DNA of 64,000 nucleotides from Cyanobacteriota bacterium (GTDB lineage Bacteria > Cyanobacteriota > Cyanobacteriia > Elainellales > Elainellaceae): the NCBI GenBank assembly GCA_046719575.1, contig JBDNCP010000002.1, positions 2,689 to 66,688 of the forward strand, in the 5' to 3' direction. Under the pieces are notes generated by a model. It was not told the origin of the DNA. It ran no database searches and saw nothing but the letters and a program-made list of their open reading frames with translations. This document shows, piece after piece, positions 20,336-31,557 of this stretch. Numbering within the stretch: position 1 is the stretch's first letter; the number at the start of each line of letters is the position of its first letter. Both the position numbers and the translations under genes were made by a program.

Positions 20336-21490
20336 ATGACCACTCAGAACATAGCCTACTTTACTGGCCGCCTGTTACCTGCCTCAGAAACTTTCATTCG
20401 CGCACAGGCAGAAAGTCTGAAAATATTTAATCCTTACTATATAGGTACGCGCTATGTTTCTGGATTGCCACTCCCAAAAGAAAAAACATTTGCAATTAAT
20501 TCAAGTAATTTTATCGGCTCTGCTCAAGAACTTATATTTAAACTGTCGGGGATTGCGCCACATCTTTTAAGGCATCTTAGAGAACTTGAAATATCACTGA
20601 TTCATGCACACTTTGGGGTATGTGGAGCGTTGGCTCTGCCTATCTCGAAGGTTTTGAAATTGCCATTAGTAGTCACTTTTTACGGACTAGATGCCACGAT
20701 GACAGATGAATATGCAAATCGTGAATCTATCAGCACAAGAGTCTACGTAAAAAGACGAGAATCCTTGAAGAAGTCGGCTTCTTTATTTATTGGAGTATCC
20801 GACTTTATCAGGGATCAATTAGTTGCTCAAGGCTTTCCATCCGAGAGAGTTATATCACACTACTATGGCGTAAACACAAAGGAGTTTTCTCCAGATTTAT
20901 CCATCGAGCGCGAACCAGTCGTGTTATTTGTAGGACGCTTCACAGAGAAAAAAGGTTGCGAGTATCTTATAAAGGCAATGGCATCAGTCCAGTCAGTTTT
21001 GCCTCACGTTAGCCTCATCTTGATTGGTGATGGAAGTGAAAGAGAGAAGCTTGAAAAAATGGCATCTCAATTATTAAGGCAGTACCAATTTCTTGGCTTT
21101 CAATCCTCTGATGTTGTAAAGCAGTGGATGAACCGTGCTTCGCTTCTTGCTGTACCTAGCATTACTGCATCCAATGGTGATTCAGAGGGTTTGCCCACCG
21201 TGGTTGTTGAGGCGCAGGCGATGGGGGTGCCTGTTATTGGTTCTAGACATGCAGGTATTCCGCAGGCAGTCATTCATGGAGAAACTGGGTTCTTAGCAGG
21301 AGAAAGAGACTGGAGGTCATTGAGTGAACTTATTATACTGGCTTTTCAAAATGAAGAGTTGTTGAGAAATCTTAGTTTTCAAGCTAGAGAGCATGTAGTC
21401 AAAAAATTTGATTTAAATAAGCAGACTGAGGCTCTGGAATCCATGTATGAGAATTTAATAGAGAAGTTTGAAAGTGTTAAAGCGAAATAA
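20336..21490 (+). CDS. GT4 glycosyltransferase (WcaL-like)
   Basis: SETFI, HAHFG, FVGRFTEKKG and EGLPTVVVEAQAMG motifs; AT-rich. Confidence 0.92.
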   Translation: MTTQNIAYFTGRLLPASETFIRAQAESLKIFNPYYIGTRYVSGLPLPKEKTFAINSSNFIGSAQELIFKLSGIAPHLLRHLRELEISLIHAHFGVCGALALPISKVLKLPLVVTFYGLDATMTDEYANRESISTRVYVKRRESLKKSASLFIGVSDFIRDQLVAQGFPSERVISHYYGVNTKEFSPDLSIEREPVVLFVGRFTEKKGCEYLIKAMASVQSVLPHVSLILIGDGSEREKLEKMASQLLRQYQFLGFQSSDVVKQWMNRASLLAVPSITASNGDSEGLPTVVVEAQAMGVPVIGSRHAGIPQAVIHGETGFLAGERDWRSLSELIILAFQNEELLRNLSFQAREHVVKKFDLNKQTEALESMYENLIEKFESVKAK

Positions 21491-21587
21491 ATTCTAGGTT
21501 GTCTTATTTCAGCGTTTAAAACTAACTCTATCATGCAGCAGGCTAAACCCCGAAAGCTCCGAAAATCTTCATTGTATATATTCGCTT

Positions 21588-22748
21588 ATGCATATTCTCA
21601 GTATTCACAATACCTATCAAATTCGTGGTGGCGAAGATGAATCCTGTGCTGCTGAGCAGCAACTCTTGCGGGAGCATGGGCATCAGGTAGATCTTTATGA
21701 AGAAAATAACAACCGTATCCAAACACTCAATTTAATACAAACTGCTCTCGAAACTGTTTGGTCGGCCGAATCCTATCAGGCTGTTCGCCAGCATCTTGCC
21801 CAGCACACCGTCGATGTCGTACATATCCAAAACTTTTTCCCACTTATTTCTCCCTCTGTCCATCACGCCGCCAAAGATGCAGGTGTCCCTGTGGTACAGA
21901 CGTTGCGAAACTATCGATTACTCTGTCCAAATGCGTTGTTTTTTCGAGCAGGTCGAGTTTGCGAAGATTGCATGGGCAAACCTATTCCTTATCCCGGCGT
22001 TTTGCATGGCTGCTATCGAGAGAGCCGAGCTGCTAGCGCAGTTGTGTCTGCAATGCTGGTTACCCATCGCTTACTAAAGACCTGGGTTCAAACGGTCGAT
22101 TGCTTTATCGCCCTCACAGAATTTGCCCGCCAAAAGTTCATCGAGGGCGGGCTACCGGCAGACAAAATCATCGTCAAACCCAACTTTGTCAATCCTGACC
22201 CTGGAATAGGCGACGGGCGGGGCGGTTATATGCTCTACGTAGGGCGACTATCCGTTGAGAAAGGACTAGATACACTGATCGAGGCGTGGCAGCGGCTGAA
22301 CCCGCCATTTCCACTGAAGATTGTAGGCGACGGCCCACTAGCGGATCTTGTAGAAACTGCCACTCGGCAGCAGCCCGCTATTGAGTGGCTAGGACGGCAG
22401 CCTATGCCAGCGGTTTATAAACTGATGGGTAATGCGACAGCCGTTATCTTTCCGTCTAAGTGGTATGAAACCTTTGGACGAGTCGCAGTAGAAGCTTTCG
22501 CCAAGGGAACACCTGTGATTGCGTCGAAGATTGGGGCGATCGCCGAAGTCGTTCAATCCGGCTACACTGGACGGCACTTTTGCCCTGGCGATCCGGACGA
22601 TCTGGCGCAACAGGTGAAGTGGGTATTGGACAACCCCGTCGCATGGCAGCAAATGCGCCAGAATGCTCGTGCTGAATTTTCAGCTAAATACACTGCTCAA
22701 GCGAATTATCAAATGCTAATAGATATTTACAGCAAGGTTCAACGATAA
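21588..22748 (+). CDS. GT4 glycosyltransferase
   Basis: YQIRGGED, NFFPLISPS, VGRLSVEKG and YETFGRVAVEAFAKGTPVI motifs. Confidence 0.92.
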   Translation: MHILSIHNTYQIRGGEDESCAAEQQLLREHGHQVDLYEENNNRIQTLNLIQTALETVWSAESYQAVRQHLAQHTVDVVHIQNFFPLISPSVHHAAKDAGVPVVQTLRNYRLLCPNALFFRAGRVCEDCMGKPIPYPGVLHGCYRESRAASAVVSAMLVTHRLLKTWVQTVDCFIALTEFARQKFIEGGLPADKIIVKPNFVNPDPGIGDGRGGYMLYVGRLSVEKGLDTLIEAWQRLNPPFPLKIVGDGPLADLVETATRQQPAIEWLGRQPMPAVYKLMGNATAVIFPSKWYETFGRVAVEAFAKGTPVIASKIGAIAEVVQSGYTGRHFCPGDPDDLAQQVKWVLDNPVAWQQMRQNARAEFSAKYTAQANYQMLIDIYSKVQR

Positions 22749-22814
22749 ACTAACCTGCGCCTCAGCACCTTAAAACTTCCCCCTATTGCTGGTCCTCTAA
22801 AGCTCTCGTGAAGC

Positions 22815-24179
22815 ATGAATCAAGCTGTAAATCTTTCGGTGCAACAACGCGGGCAACTGAGAATTCCTGCGTTAATTGTTTTTGCGTTTGCAACGGTATT
22901 TTTCCCTCGTATCCTGGAATCAGCAGGCGCACCAGCAGCGATTAACTTTCTTCACTTTGCAATTGTTCCTTTAGTTTTCGTGCTGACCTTTACCAAGGTT
23001 CGCAGCAAGGGCAGTCAGGGGATTTGGATCGCTCAACTACTACTTTTGGGTTTATTTGCTTTGTTGCTGAGCATGACTATCAGCGCCTTTTTGAATAAAG
23101 CAGGGCTGGTTAATCTGTTCATTGGCTATATGCTCTTAGCAGAGCCATTCTTGCTATTGGCGATCGTTGTTTACACGCCAATGACCCTTCGGAATGTCCG
23201 TTGGATGCGAAGCTGGATTTTAGTATTCGGCGTTAGCAATGTTTTATTGGCCTTAGCCCAAAATCTCTTGATTACAATTGGGTTACTCAGGGTGACTAGA
23301 ATGACTGTAAGCGATAACATTCAGGGCGTGTTTTATCTTTCTGGAGCGGGGCATGTTGTTTCAGCCTCCGTCTCTTTAACCTTCGGACTGTACTATTTCA
23401 CAAGCGCCAAAAATTCTCCGCTTTGGCTAAGAGCCACCGTTGTAATTGCCACAATCCTTCAGCTTTTGTTCGCTGATGCCAAGCAAACTCTGCTGGTCTT
23501 TTTGGCTGCCTGGGGAGTTTTGATTTTGGTTAAACTCACGGATATTAGAGTTGCAATTCAGTATATTATTAGCGGCATTTTGGCCTTCTATTCATTTCTC
23601 TGGGCCCTCAGAAACGTCCCCCTATTTGCTGCATTTAACGGCTGGATTCGACCTGGACTCTATGGCCCCGATGGTGATGCAACCGTTCTGAAGCTCAGCG
23701 GTTTTCCAATCATCGTCTCATCTTATGAAAACTCTTTGAACTGGCTGTGGGGACTGGGCCCAGGACATACAGTAGGGCGTTTGGGAGGCTGGCTGCTGAA
23801 AGAATATGCCTCATTGTTAAACCCGCTAGGAGCCACAACTCGTCCTGTCAGCTCAGAAGTTGGAAGAGTCTGGGGAGAGAGCTATCTAGATTCCAGCTTC
23901 TTCTCGCCGCTTTTCGGATGGATTGGGATTTGGGGAGATTTTGGCTTGTTGGGATTAGGAGTTTATCTATTTCTCTGGTGGGTGGTCTGGCATTTTCTGT
24001 GCCAGGACGATTTTTCTAAATTTACGGTGATTACGGTGTTTATATTCGGCTTTATCTTCACCCAGATGGAAGAACCTGGCTATATGCTGACTGTCACGAC
24101 TTTGATTGGATTGCGATGGCACGAGCTACAAGCTAAGGAAACGCCGCCTGCTCAACGAGTCTATTTACAGCTTTCCTGA
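22815..24179 (+). CDS. Polytopic membrane protein, likely Wzy-like polysaccharide polymerase
   Basis: About 10-12 hydrophobic segments and GLGPG in a late periplasmic loop; located at the end of the GT run. Confidence 0.65.
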   Translation: MNQAVNLSVQQRGQLRIPALIVFAFATVFFPRILESAGAPAAINFLHFAIVPLVFVLTFTKVRSKGSQGIWIAQLLLLGLFALLLSMTISAFLNKAGLVNLFIGYMLLAEPFLLLAIVVYTPMTLRNVRWMRSWILVFGVSNVLLALAQNLLITIGLLRVTRMTVSDNIQGVFYLSGAGHVVSASVSLTFGLYYFTSAKNSPLWLRATVVIATILQLLFADAKQTLLVFLAAWGVLILVKLTDIRVAIQYIISGILAFYSFLWALRNVPLFAAFNGWIRPGLYGPDGDATVLKLSGFPIIVSSYENSLNWLWGLGPGHTVGRLGGWLLKEYASLLNPLGATTRPVSSEVGRVWGESYLDSSFFSPLFGWIGIWGDFGLLGLGVYLFLWWVVWHFLCQDDFSKFTVITVFIFGFIFTQMEEPGYMLTVTTLIGLRWHELQAKETPPAQRVYLQLS

Positions 24180-24312
24180 TGAAATGATGGATCAGTGAAG
24201 TAGGTAAGTGTGATCTTTACACGATGGCTTCCTGGAGACATCTCCCTGGTTTAATGCTTTTGATGTGTGAATCGCTCCTTCTTTCCGAACAGACTTTCCG
24301 AACAGATATGCT

Positions 24313-25668
24313 ATGACCCAGGCAGCTACCCTTACGCTTGCGCTCCAGCCCGTTGCGGGGCGGCATGTGTTTGTTCCGCCAGAGCCTGCGCTTCAGTTGC
24401 GGCGTGCGGTGCAGCCGGAGCGTGGGGTTCTGGAGCGGCGGCTTGTAGATAGCAATCGAGAGAGCGATCGCCCCCTTTACCATCCTCCAGTTCCCGCAGT
24501 CGCGCCCCAGCCGGTTCGAGTTGCCGTGGGTGTGGCGATCGCCGCTACTGTGGGCACTACGCTTTACCAGAGCTACACGCCGCCGCTATACAAAAGCACG
24601 TTTGAACTGGTCCCCGTGGCGCAGCGATCGCAGACCAGCGGCACGTCCACAGCGACGACTGACGTTCGTCCAGAGGTAGATCAGGCGACGCTGATTCAGG
24701 TGTTGCGGAGTCAGCAGGTGTTGCTGCCGGCGGTGCGCGATTTGCGGGCGTATAACATTAACCTGAGTCCGGCGACGCTGGCGCAAAATCTGGAGATCGT
24801 GCCGCTGGCGGACGGGCGATTGGAGGTGCGCTATCGCCATCGCAACGAGCGCGTGGCGCAAATCGTGTCGCAGCAGCTTGCTCAGACTTATGTGGAGTAT
24901 GGCGATCGCTGTCGGCTGGATGCGTGCCATGCGCTGCAACAAGTCAGGGCAGATCTGACCGAGGCGACGGGTCAAGTGGCGCGGCTAGAGCAGGCGATCG
25001 CCCAGTTTCAGGCTCGCCCCGATGCCCAGAATCTGAGTCACCGCGCCGACACCCTAACCCGCCGCACCGCAGAATTCACCCGCTACCTGACGCAGACCGA
25101 GCAAGAGCTAAAGCTAGCGCAGCAGCGATATCAGGCGATTCAGACCCAGCTTGCATTCGCCGATGCCAATCGCATCTTGCAGCAGCAGGGCAATTATCAA
25201 GCATTGCTGCAAGCCCTGCACCAGACCGAAGGGCAAATTGCAACAACGCTTACCCAGGCGCAGCCCGACGCTCAAACCCTGCAAGCGCTCTATCAGCGCC
25301 ACCAACTCCTCAGCGGGCAGATGAATCAGCAAGTGGCGATCGCCCTAGAGCAGTTTCTACTGGCGCAATTCCTCGAACTAGCCGCCGACCCTACAATGCT
25401 GCCCCCTGCACTTTCGCAGGTCGAACAAGCCTTTGGACTGGCGCATCAGGTGAACTTACTCAGCGCTCGTCAAAGGGCGATCGCACCTGTTCACCAGTCC
25501 ATGCAGGCAGATAAGATAAGATTGGCAAAACTGCTGCAATATCAAACCCGACTGGAAACCCAACTGGTCGTGCAGCGGCGAATTCTGCAAGAAAGCCAGC
25601 AACAGCAAGCCCGACTCCAGCAGGAGATTTCCGAGCGTCGAGTCGTGTGGCGCTTAGTAGGCGCTTAA
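24313..25668 (+). CDS. GumC/Wzz-like coiled-coil chain-length protein without a kinase domain
   Basis: One N-terminal TM helix followed by PPLYKSTFELV..V and Q..T.IQVLRS. These parallel PPSYIGSFDLLVEPV and YPTQIRILRN in the Wzc at 7605. Long Q/A/L-rich coiled coil. Confidence 0.7.
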   Translation: MTQAATLTLALQPVAGRHVFVPPEPALQLRRAVQPERGVLERRLVDSNRESDRPLYHPPVPAVAPQPVRVAVGVAIAATVGTTLYQSYTPPLYKSTFELVPVAQRSQTSGTSTATTDVRPEVDQATLIQVLRSQQVLLPAVRDLRAYNINLSPATLAQNLEIVPLADGRLEVRYRHRNERVAQIVSQQLAQTYVEYGDRCRLDACHALQQVRADLTEATGQVARLEQAIAQFQARPDAQNLSHRADTLTRRTAEFTRYLTQTEQELKLAQQRYQAIQTQLAFADANRILQQQGNYQALLQALHQTEGQIATTLTQAQPDAQTLQALYQRHQLLSGQMNQQVAIALEQFLLAQFLELAADPTMLPPALSQVEQAFGLAHQVNLLSARQRAIAPVHQSMQADKIRLAKLLQYQTRLETQLVVQRRILQESQQQQARLQQEISERRVVWRLVGA

Positions 25669-25674
25669 GTTCAG

Positions 25675-25734
25675 TTTTGGATTTTGGATTTTCGTTCTTC
25701 GTTCTTCGTTCTTCGTTCTTCCCTCTTCCCCCTT
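25675..25734. repeat. Heptamer tandem repeats (TTTTGGA, then TTCGTTC, then TTCCCTC)
   Basis: ttttggattttggattttcgttcttcgttcttcgttcttcgttcttccctcttccccctt follows the stop at 25668. Confidence 0.8.
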
Positions 25735-25755
25735 CAACGCGATCGCCCAAAAAAA

Positions 25756-25788
25756 TGCCCAGCCCCTAAATTAATTAAGGACTGGGCA
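25756..25788 (-). terminator. Intrinsic terminator for csbD
   Basis: TGCCCAG.CC / GG.CTGGGCA stem followed by a U7 tract on the minus strand, 35 nt after the csbD stop. Confidence 0.7.
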
Positions 25789-25823
25789 CCCGGATATTTC
25801 AGAGGGCACGGAGCAGGACGCGA

Positions 25824-26006
25824 TTAGTCAATCGCCTTCTTCACTTCGTCCTTGATGTCCTCAGTGGTGTGGCGAGCCTTGGCTTCGGCCTGCTTGGCGC
25901 GACCTTCCACCTTGTCCTTGGGATCGCCCGTCACTTCACCGACGGCTTCTTGCACTTTACCTTCGATGTTTTTCGCAGTTGCTTTCACGCGATCTTCAAT
26001 ACTCAT
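25824..26006 (-). CDS. csbD: CsbD family stress protein
   Basis: MSIEDRVKATAKNIEGKVQEAVGEVTGDPKDKVEGRAKQAEAK; GAGG RBS upstream of 26006. Confidence 0.93.
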   Translation of the reverse strand: MSIEDRVKATAKNIEGKVQEAVGEVTGDPKDKVEGRAKQAEAKARHTTEDIKDEVKKAID

Positions 26007-26246
26007 GGTGTCGTACCTCGTTGTGCGGTTTAAACGTTTGATTTTGCCATTCATCCACGAACCACAGCGCCATTTAGCGGGCAGTTCAGCGGGCGAATTG
26101 GCGGTGAATCAATCGAACACTTTCACAATAAGCGTTTCGCCCAATGCTTCCATCCCTCACAGGGCGGGAGTCTTGAGGCATAGAGGTCTGCCTTGCGTTC
26201 TAGTCCGGTAGAGGGAAGCGAAAGTGAGGGGGTAGAGGAGGAGCAG

Positions 26247-26345
26247 GAAAACCGAAAACCGAAAACGGAGCCTCTTCGTTCTTCCCTCTTCGTTCTTCCC
26301 TCTTCGTTCTTCCCTCTTCGTTCTTTCCTCTTCCCTCTTCCCCCT
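26247..26345. repeat. Heptamer repeats (GAAAACC x3, then alternating CTTCGTT/CTTCCCT)
   Basis: Read directly from the intergenic sequence between csbD and the DMT gene. Confidence 0.8.
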
Positions 26346-26441
26346 CCCAAATCGCCTCTCGTGATACAGTTCAGTTTCGTTACAGAAGTACATAATGGTT
26401 ACAATTGGTTTAACATGACATAACTTTTGCGATCGCCCCTC

Positions 26442-27530
26442 ATGACTCAAGCTTCTACTCCGTCGAGAGCATCTGTGTCGCCGTTGCTGCTAATTGCGCC
26501 GTTTTTCCTGTGGGGTACGGCGATGGTGGCGATGAAGGGCGTGGTTCCTCAAACCACGCCGTTGTTTATGGCGGGGGTGCGGGTGCTGCCTGCGGGGCTG
26601 CTGATTTTGCTGGCGGCAGTGGCGATGGGGCGATCGCAGCCGAAGGGATGGAAAGCCTGGGGCTGGATTGCGCTGTTTGGGCTTGTGGATGCGGCGCTGT
26701 TTCAGGGTTTTTTGGCGGAAGGGCTGGTGCGGACGGGCGCGGGTCTGGGGTCGGTGATGATTGACTCGCAGCCGCTGGCGGTGGCGCTGATGGCGCGGTT
26801 TCTGTTTGGCGAGCGGGTGGGTGGCTTTGGCTGGCTGGGGCTGCTGTTTGGCGTGGTGGGCATCAGCCTGCTGGGGCTGCCAGAAGGCGTGATCCAGTCG
26901 GCGCTGCACGGCAACTTTTCGCCAGATCTGGGCGCAAACCTGCTGCATGACCTGTTCCAAAACGGGCAATGGTTGATGCTGATGGCGGCGCTGTCGATGG
27001 CAGTGGGCACAGTGATGATGGGCTACGTGTCGCGCTATGCTGACCCGGTGGCGGCGACGGGCTGGCACATGGTGCTGGGTGGCATTCCGCTGTTTGTCTT
27101 GTCGGCGCTGGGCGAAACGAACCAGTGGCAGCAGCTTGGCTGGGCAGACTGGATGGCGATGAGCTATTCCACGATTTTTGGCAGCGCGATCGCCTACGGA
27201 CTCTTCTTCTACTTTGCGGCCAGCGGCAACCTGACGAGCCTGAGTTCCCTAACGTTTCTTACGCCTGTGTTTGCGCTGCTGTTTGGCAACCTGTTCCTAT
27301 CTGAGGTGTTGAACCCGGTGCAGTGGGTCGGCGTGGGGCTAACGCTGGTGAGCATTTACCTAATCAATCAGCGCGAGGTGTTGGCGGCGAAGTTTCAGCC
27401 AGCGGTGGTGGAAAAGGCTGCTACGTCGTTGGCGGCAGAACTGGAGGCCGAGATTGAGGCTGAGATCGAAGCGGTGAATGAAAAGATTGCGGCTCATCGG
27501 CGATCGCGCCTAGAAGGAGCTAGGGATTAG
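26442..27530 (+). CDS. DMT/EamA family transporter
   Basis: Ten TM helices in two EamA repeats; LWGTAMVAMK and GLGSVMIDSQPL motifs. Confidence 0.92.
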   Translation: MTQASTPSRASVSPLLLIAPFFLWGTAMVAMKGVVPQTTPLFMAGVRVLPAGLLILLAAVAMGRSQPKGWKAWGWIALFGLVDAALFQGFLAEGLVRTGAGLGSVMIDSQPLAVALMARFLFGERVGGFGWLGLLFGVVGISLLGLPEGVIQSALHGNFSPDLGANLLHDLFQNGQWLMLMAALSMAVGTVMMGYVSRYADPVAATGWHMVLGGIPLFVLSALGETNQWQQLGWADWMAMSYSTIFGSAIAYGLFFYFAASGNLTSLSSLTFLTPVFALLFGNLFLSEVLNPVQWVGVGLTLVSIYLINQREVLAAKFQPAVVEKAATSLAAELEAEIEAEIEAVNEKIAAHRRSRLEGARD

Positions 27531-27644
27531 CGGGACGGATTCGGTGCGATGCTCCGGTTCTCCCGAAAGTCTGTTGACGTGGGTGGGAATTGTTAAGTAC
27601 GGTGAAGGGGTTCACGCAAGCTAAACCCTCGGAGCCATTCGACG

Positions 27645-28217
27645 ATGAAACTTCCGCCCAGGCTCAAGAAGCTGTTGGTGGCGCTGCTGTCCTTGGCGAT
27701 CGCCTATGCGGTGATGGCCTTTGCCTTCAAGCTCATCGGGCTAGAAAACGCCCACCTCTGGATCGAACGTGCTGGTGCCTGGGCCCCCCTCGTGTTTACC
27801 ATCATCTGCGCTGCCAGCCTGATTGCAGCGCCCCTCAGCGGCAGCTCAGTGTATATTGCAGGCGGAGCGCTGTTTGGCAAAGAAACCGCCTTCGTCTTGA
27901 GCTTTATTGCATCGCTGATCGGATGCAGCATTAATTACTGGATTTCCCGGCGTTACGGCCGTCGCGTCGCGGTGAGGCTCGTCGGCAAAGAAGACATCGA
28001 CGAACTAGATGCGTTTGTTGCTCGCCTGAAGGGGCATCACAGCGTACTTTACATGGCGCTGATTATGCTGCTGGGTCAGGATGTCGTAAGCTACGCCATT
28101 GGCCTCACCAAGATTGACTATTTCCACTTTGTGCTGGCGCTGGTTCCTGCCGCCGCCGTCCTCGTTGGCTTCTATATTTACGTTGGCACAAGCCTGCTCG
28201 AAGCCTTGATTGCCTAG
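27645..28217 (+). CDS. VTT/TVP38 (DedA-like, SNARE-associated) membrane protein
   Basis: AGGALFG..., GCSINYWISRRYG and DVVSYAIGLT patterns. Confidence 0.85.
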   Translation: MKLPPRLKKLLVALLSLAIAYAVMAFAFKLIGLENAHLWIERAGAWAPLVFTIICAASLIAAPLSGSSVYIAGGALFGKETAFVLSFIASLIGCSINYWISRRYGRRVAVRLVGKEDIDELDAFVARLKGHHSVLYMALIMLLGQDVVSYAIGLTKIDYFHFVLALVPAAAVLVGFYIYVGTSLLEALIA

Positions 28218-28302
28218 TGCATCGTCATAGCCTAGGTTTAGGATAAATCCCGTCATAGGAGCGAATAAGAGCGATAACTTGTCCTGCTTGACCTATCTAG
28301 AC

Positions 28303-30873
28303 TTACTGCACCACAAAGTTCACCAGCTTACCCGGCACAACGATTACTTTCTTGATAGTCTTGCCTTCGATATAGCGCTGCGCCAGTTCCGACTCGGTAG
28401 CCAGCGTTTCCAGCGTCTTGGAGTCGGCGGACGCAGGTACCTGAATGGTGCCCCGCGTTTTGCCCATAATCTGGATCACCAGCGGAATTTCATCCACCAC
28501 CAGCGCTTCTGGATCGGCCACGGGCCAAGCGTGGTGATGCACCGAATCGGTATGACCGAGCAGATGCCACAGCTCTTCGGCGATGTGCGGCGCAAAGGGA
28601 GCCAGTAGCGCCAGCAGCGTCTCGATGCCCTCGGCATAGACCGGAGAATCCTTGCAGGGGGCGTCACTCAGCGCGTTGCTCAGCTTCATCAACTCCGAAA
28701 CCGCTGTGTTGAACTGGTAGTCGCCCTCCAGGTCTTCGGTAATTTCCTTGATTGCTGTATGCACCGCCCGTCGCAAATCTTTTTCTGGCTTGGTGAGTTC
28801 GCCAGCACTTTGCAGCTTTACTTCTGATGCCTGAAATTCTGTCACCAAGCGCCAGACCCGGTTCAAAAAGCGGAACTGCCCTTCTACATCGGCATCATCC
28901 CACTCTAGATCTTTTTCCGGCGGCGCTTTGAACAAGATAAACATGCGGGCGGTGTCTGCGCCGTATTTCTCTAGCACGTCCTTCGGATCGATGCCGTTGT
29001 ATTTCGACTTCGACATTTTCTCGAACACGACCTCCAGCTTGTCGCCTGTAGCGGGGTCACGGGGATCGGACAGGTCGGCGATATCCGACGGCATAATGTA
29101 CTTGCCCGTCACCGGATTTTTGTAAGCCGCCGCTTGCACCATGCCCTGAGTGAGCAGGCGCTTGAAGGGTTCGTCGAAGTTGAGTAAGTGGCGATCGCGC
29201 AACACCTTGGTAAAGAACCGCGAGTACAACAAGTGCAAAATCGCGTGTTCAATACCGCCCACATACTGATCAACAGGCATCCAGTCATTCGTTTTAGCCG
29301 GATCGAACGCCGCGCCCTCGTTTCGCGCATCGGGATAGCGCAGAAAATACCACGACGAACAGATAAACGTGTCCATCGTGTCGGTTTCCCGCTTGGCGGG
29401 TTCGCCGCAAGTCGGGCAGGGCACATTCACCCAGTCTTCCAGCTTTGCCAGCGGCGACGGTCCGCGGCCCGAAAACTCCACCTGCTCCGGCAATTGCACC
29501 GGCAACTGGTCATCTGGCACAGGCACCGTGCCGCAACTGGGGCAATGCACCACCGGAATCGGGCAGCCCCAGTAGCGCTGCCGCGAAATCAGCCAGTCGC
29601 GCAGGCGATAGTTGACTGTACCTTTGCCCTTGCCGTTCTCCTCTAGCCACTTCACTGCCGCTTCTACGCTCTGCCCTGCGCCCTTGCCAGCGGGGATGCC
29701 GTCCAGCGGCCCAGAGTGAACCATCACACCCTCGCCTGCGTGCGCCACGGTCATGCTGTCGCCGTCCAGCGTCTCGCCCTCCGGCTGCACGACGACCTTT
29801 ACCTTCAGCCCAAACTTGCGGGCAAACTCAAAGTCGCGCTGGTCATGGGCGGGAACGGCCATGATCGCGCCCGTGCCATAACCCATCAGCACATAGTCGG
29901 CAATCCAGATGGGAATTGGTTCGCCGTTTACCGGGTTGATGGCATAGCTGCCCGTCCACACGCCCGTTTTCTCGCGGTCTTCCGCCGTGCGATCGATCTC
30001 GCTCTTGCCAGCAGCAGCGGTTTTGTAGGCTGCAACTTCGGCAGCTTGGGCCTCAGTCGTCAGCTTGTCCACCAGCGGATGCTCCGGCGACAGCACCATA
30101 AAGGTGGCTCCCCAGAGCGTGTCGGGGCGCGTCGTGTAAACCGTTAGGTCGTCACCCGCTTCCGTTTTGAACACAACCTCTGCGCCTGTGGATTTGCCAA
30201 TCCAGTTTTCCTGCATCAGGCGGACGCGCTCGGGCCAGCCGTCAAGCTGGTTCAGATCTTGCAATAACTGCTCGGCGTAGTCGGTAATTTTCAAAAACCA
30301 CTGCTTCAGCAGGCGACGTTCCACCTTTGCGCCCGATCGCCAGGATTTGCCCTCGCTATCGACCTGCTCATTTGCCAGCACGGTTTGGTCGATGGGGTCC
30401 CAGTTTACCGCTGCTTCTTTTTGGTAGGCCAGCCCTGCCTTGAGAAATTGCAGAAAAATCCACTGCGTCCATTTGTAGTAGTCGGGCGAGCAGGTGGTGA
30501 CTTCGCGGTTCCAGTCGTAGGACAGTCCCAGCCGTTTCAATTGGGCCCGCATTTGGGCGATGTTTTGATAGGTCCACTTGGCGGGGGCAACGCCGCGATC
30601 GATCGCCGCATTTTCCGCAGGCAAGCCAAAGGCATCCCAGCCCATCGGGTGCAGCACGCGGTAGCCCCGCATCCGCTGCACGCGGGCGATCACGTCGGTA
30701 ATCGTGTAGTTGCGGACGTGGCCCATGTGCAGGTTGCCCGACGGATAGGGAAACATGGACAGCGCATAAAACTTGGGCTTGCTGGGGTCTTCCAGCGTTT
30801 GGTCTAGCCCTTGCGCGTCCCAGGCGGCTTGCCACTTTTCCTCGATCTCAGCGGGGTTGTATCGGGACTCCAC
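28303..30873 (-). CDS. leuS: Leucine--tRNA ligase
   Basis: HMGH, CP1 editing domain ([18 protein letters not shown]), GGIEHA and KMSKS motifs. Confidence 0.99.
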   Translation of the reverse strand: MESRYNPAEIEEKWQAAWDAQGLDQTLEDPSKPKFYALSMFPYPSGNLHMGHVRNYTITDVIARVQRMRGYRVLHPMGWDAFGLPAENAAIDRGVAPAKWTYQNIAQMRAQLKRLGLSYDWNREVTTCSPDYYKWTQWIFLQFLKAGLAYQKEAAVNWDPIDQTVLANEQVDSEGKSWRSGAKVERRLLKQWFLKITDYAEQLLQDLNQLDGWPERVRLMQENWIGKSTGAEVVFKTEAGDDLTVYTTRPDTLWGATFMVLSPEHPLVDKLTTEAQAAEVAAYKTAAAGKSEIDRTAEDREKTGVWTGSYAINPVNGEPIPIWIADYVLMGYGTGAIMAVPAHDQRDFEFARKFGLKVKVVVQPEGETLDGDSMTVAHAGEGVMVHSGPLDGIPAGKGAGQSVEAAVKWLEENGKGKGTVNYRLRDWLISRQRYWGCPIPVVHCPSCGTVPVPDDQLPVQLPEQVEFSGRGPSPLAKLEDWVNVPCPTCGEPAKRETDTMDTFICSSWYFLRYPDARNEGAAFDPAKTNDWMPVDQYVGGIEHAILHLLYSRFFTKVLRDRHLLNFDEPFKRLLTQGMVQAAAYKNPVTGKYIMPSDIADLSDPRDPATGDKLEVVFEKMSKSKYNGIDPKDVLEKYGADTARMFILFKAPPEKDLEWDDADVEGQFRFLNRVWRLVTEFQASEVKLQSAGELTKPEKDLRRAVHTAIKEITEDLEGDYQFNTAVSELMKLSNALSDAPCKDSPVYAEGIETLLALLAPFAPHIAEELWHLLGHTDSVHHHAWPVADPEALVVDEIPLVIQIMGKTRGTIQVPASADSKTLETLATESELAQRYIEGKTIKKVIVVPGKLVNFVVQ

Positions 30874-31005
30874 GAACGCAACTCCTTGTTTATCTTGGTT
30901 TGCAGGGATGGGTAACGGAAAGTATTCTCCATTTTAAGCCTTAAACGCGGTCTGGATTGGGCGAGATTGCAAGGCAGAACCCTAGAGCGCGATCGCCCCT
31001 TCCCC

Positions 31006-31557
31006 CTATTGCTGCGCGAACTGATGCACAAATTCCCGCTGCGCCGCCACCGACAGCGCCCCCGATCGCACCGCCTGCACCGTGGCGATCGCCGCTTCTG
31101 GGCCATAGCCCAGCTTTACCAGGCAGGCGGCAGCCAGCGTGCCCGTGCGCCCACCCCCACCTCGACAGTGGATAGCCACCGTTTCGCCCGCCGCCACTGC
31201 CGCCAGCACTCGATCCACCAGCGCCGAGAAGTCGTCGAGCGAGGTCGGCAGCGCATCGTCTTCGATCGGCAAATTTTCCGTCGCTATGCCCAGTGCTTCT
31301 GCTTCTGGGAGCAGGGTCGAGATGCCCAAAGACTCTCGCTCCGCCTCATCCAGCAGGCACACCAGCCGATTTATGCGGTAATGCTCCTTGAGTCGTCGTA
31401 AGTCAACTTGCAAATCCCTTTGCCAGATGGCCTTGGCATCTTCATCACAGCGACCTGGAGCAATCATCAGACCAATCTGTCCGGGCTGCTGCAACTGCTC
31501 AGCGGTCAAAAAATCTACCATGAGGGGCAGCGATTCGGAGGTGTGGGTTGGTTTCAT
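31006..31557 (-). CDS. CX5R protein-tyrosine/dual-specificity phosphatase (CDKN3-like)
   Basis: [10 protein letters not shown] active-site loop. The ATG at 31557 overlaps the acr3 TGA (ATGA), implying translational coupling. Confidence 0.88.
   Translation of the reverse strand: MKPTHTSESLPLMVDFLTAEQLQQPGQIGLMIAPGRCDEDAKAIWQRDLQVDLRRLKEHYRINRLVCLLDEAERESLGISTLLPEAEALGIATENLPIEDDALPTSLDDFSALVDRVLAAVAAGETVAIHCRGGGGRTGTLAAACLVKLGYGPEAAIATVQAVRSGALSVAAQREFVHQFAQQ

Noticed and set aside
29650-30200. LeuS editing domain looked atypical for cyanobacteria (possible chimera)
   Set aside because: This is an impression from memory and cannot be supported without alignment and phylogeny.
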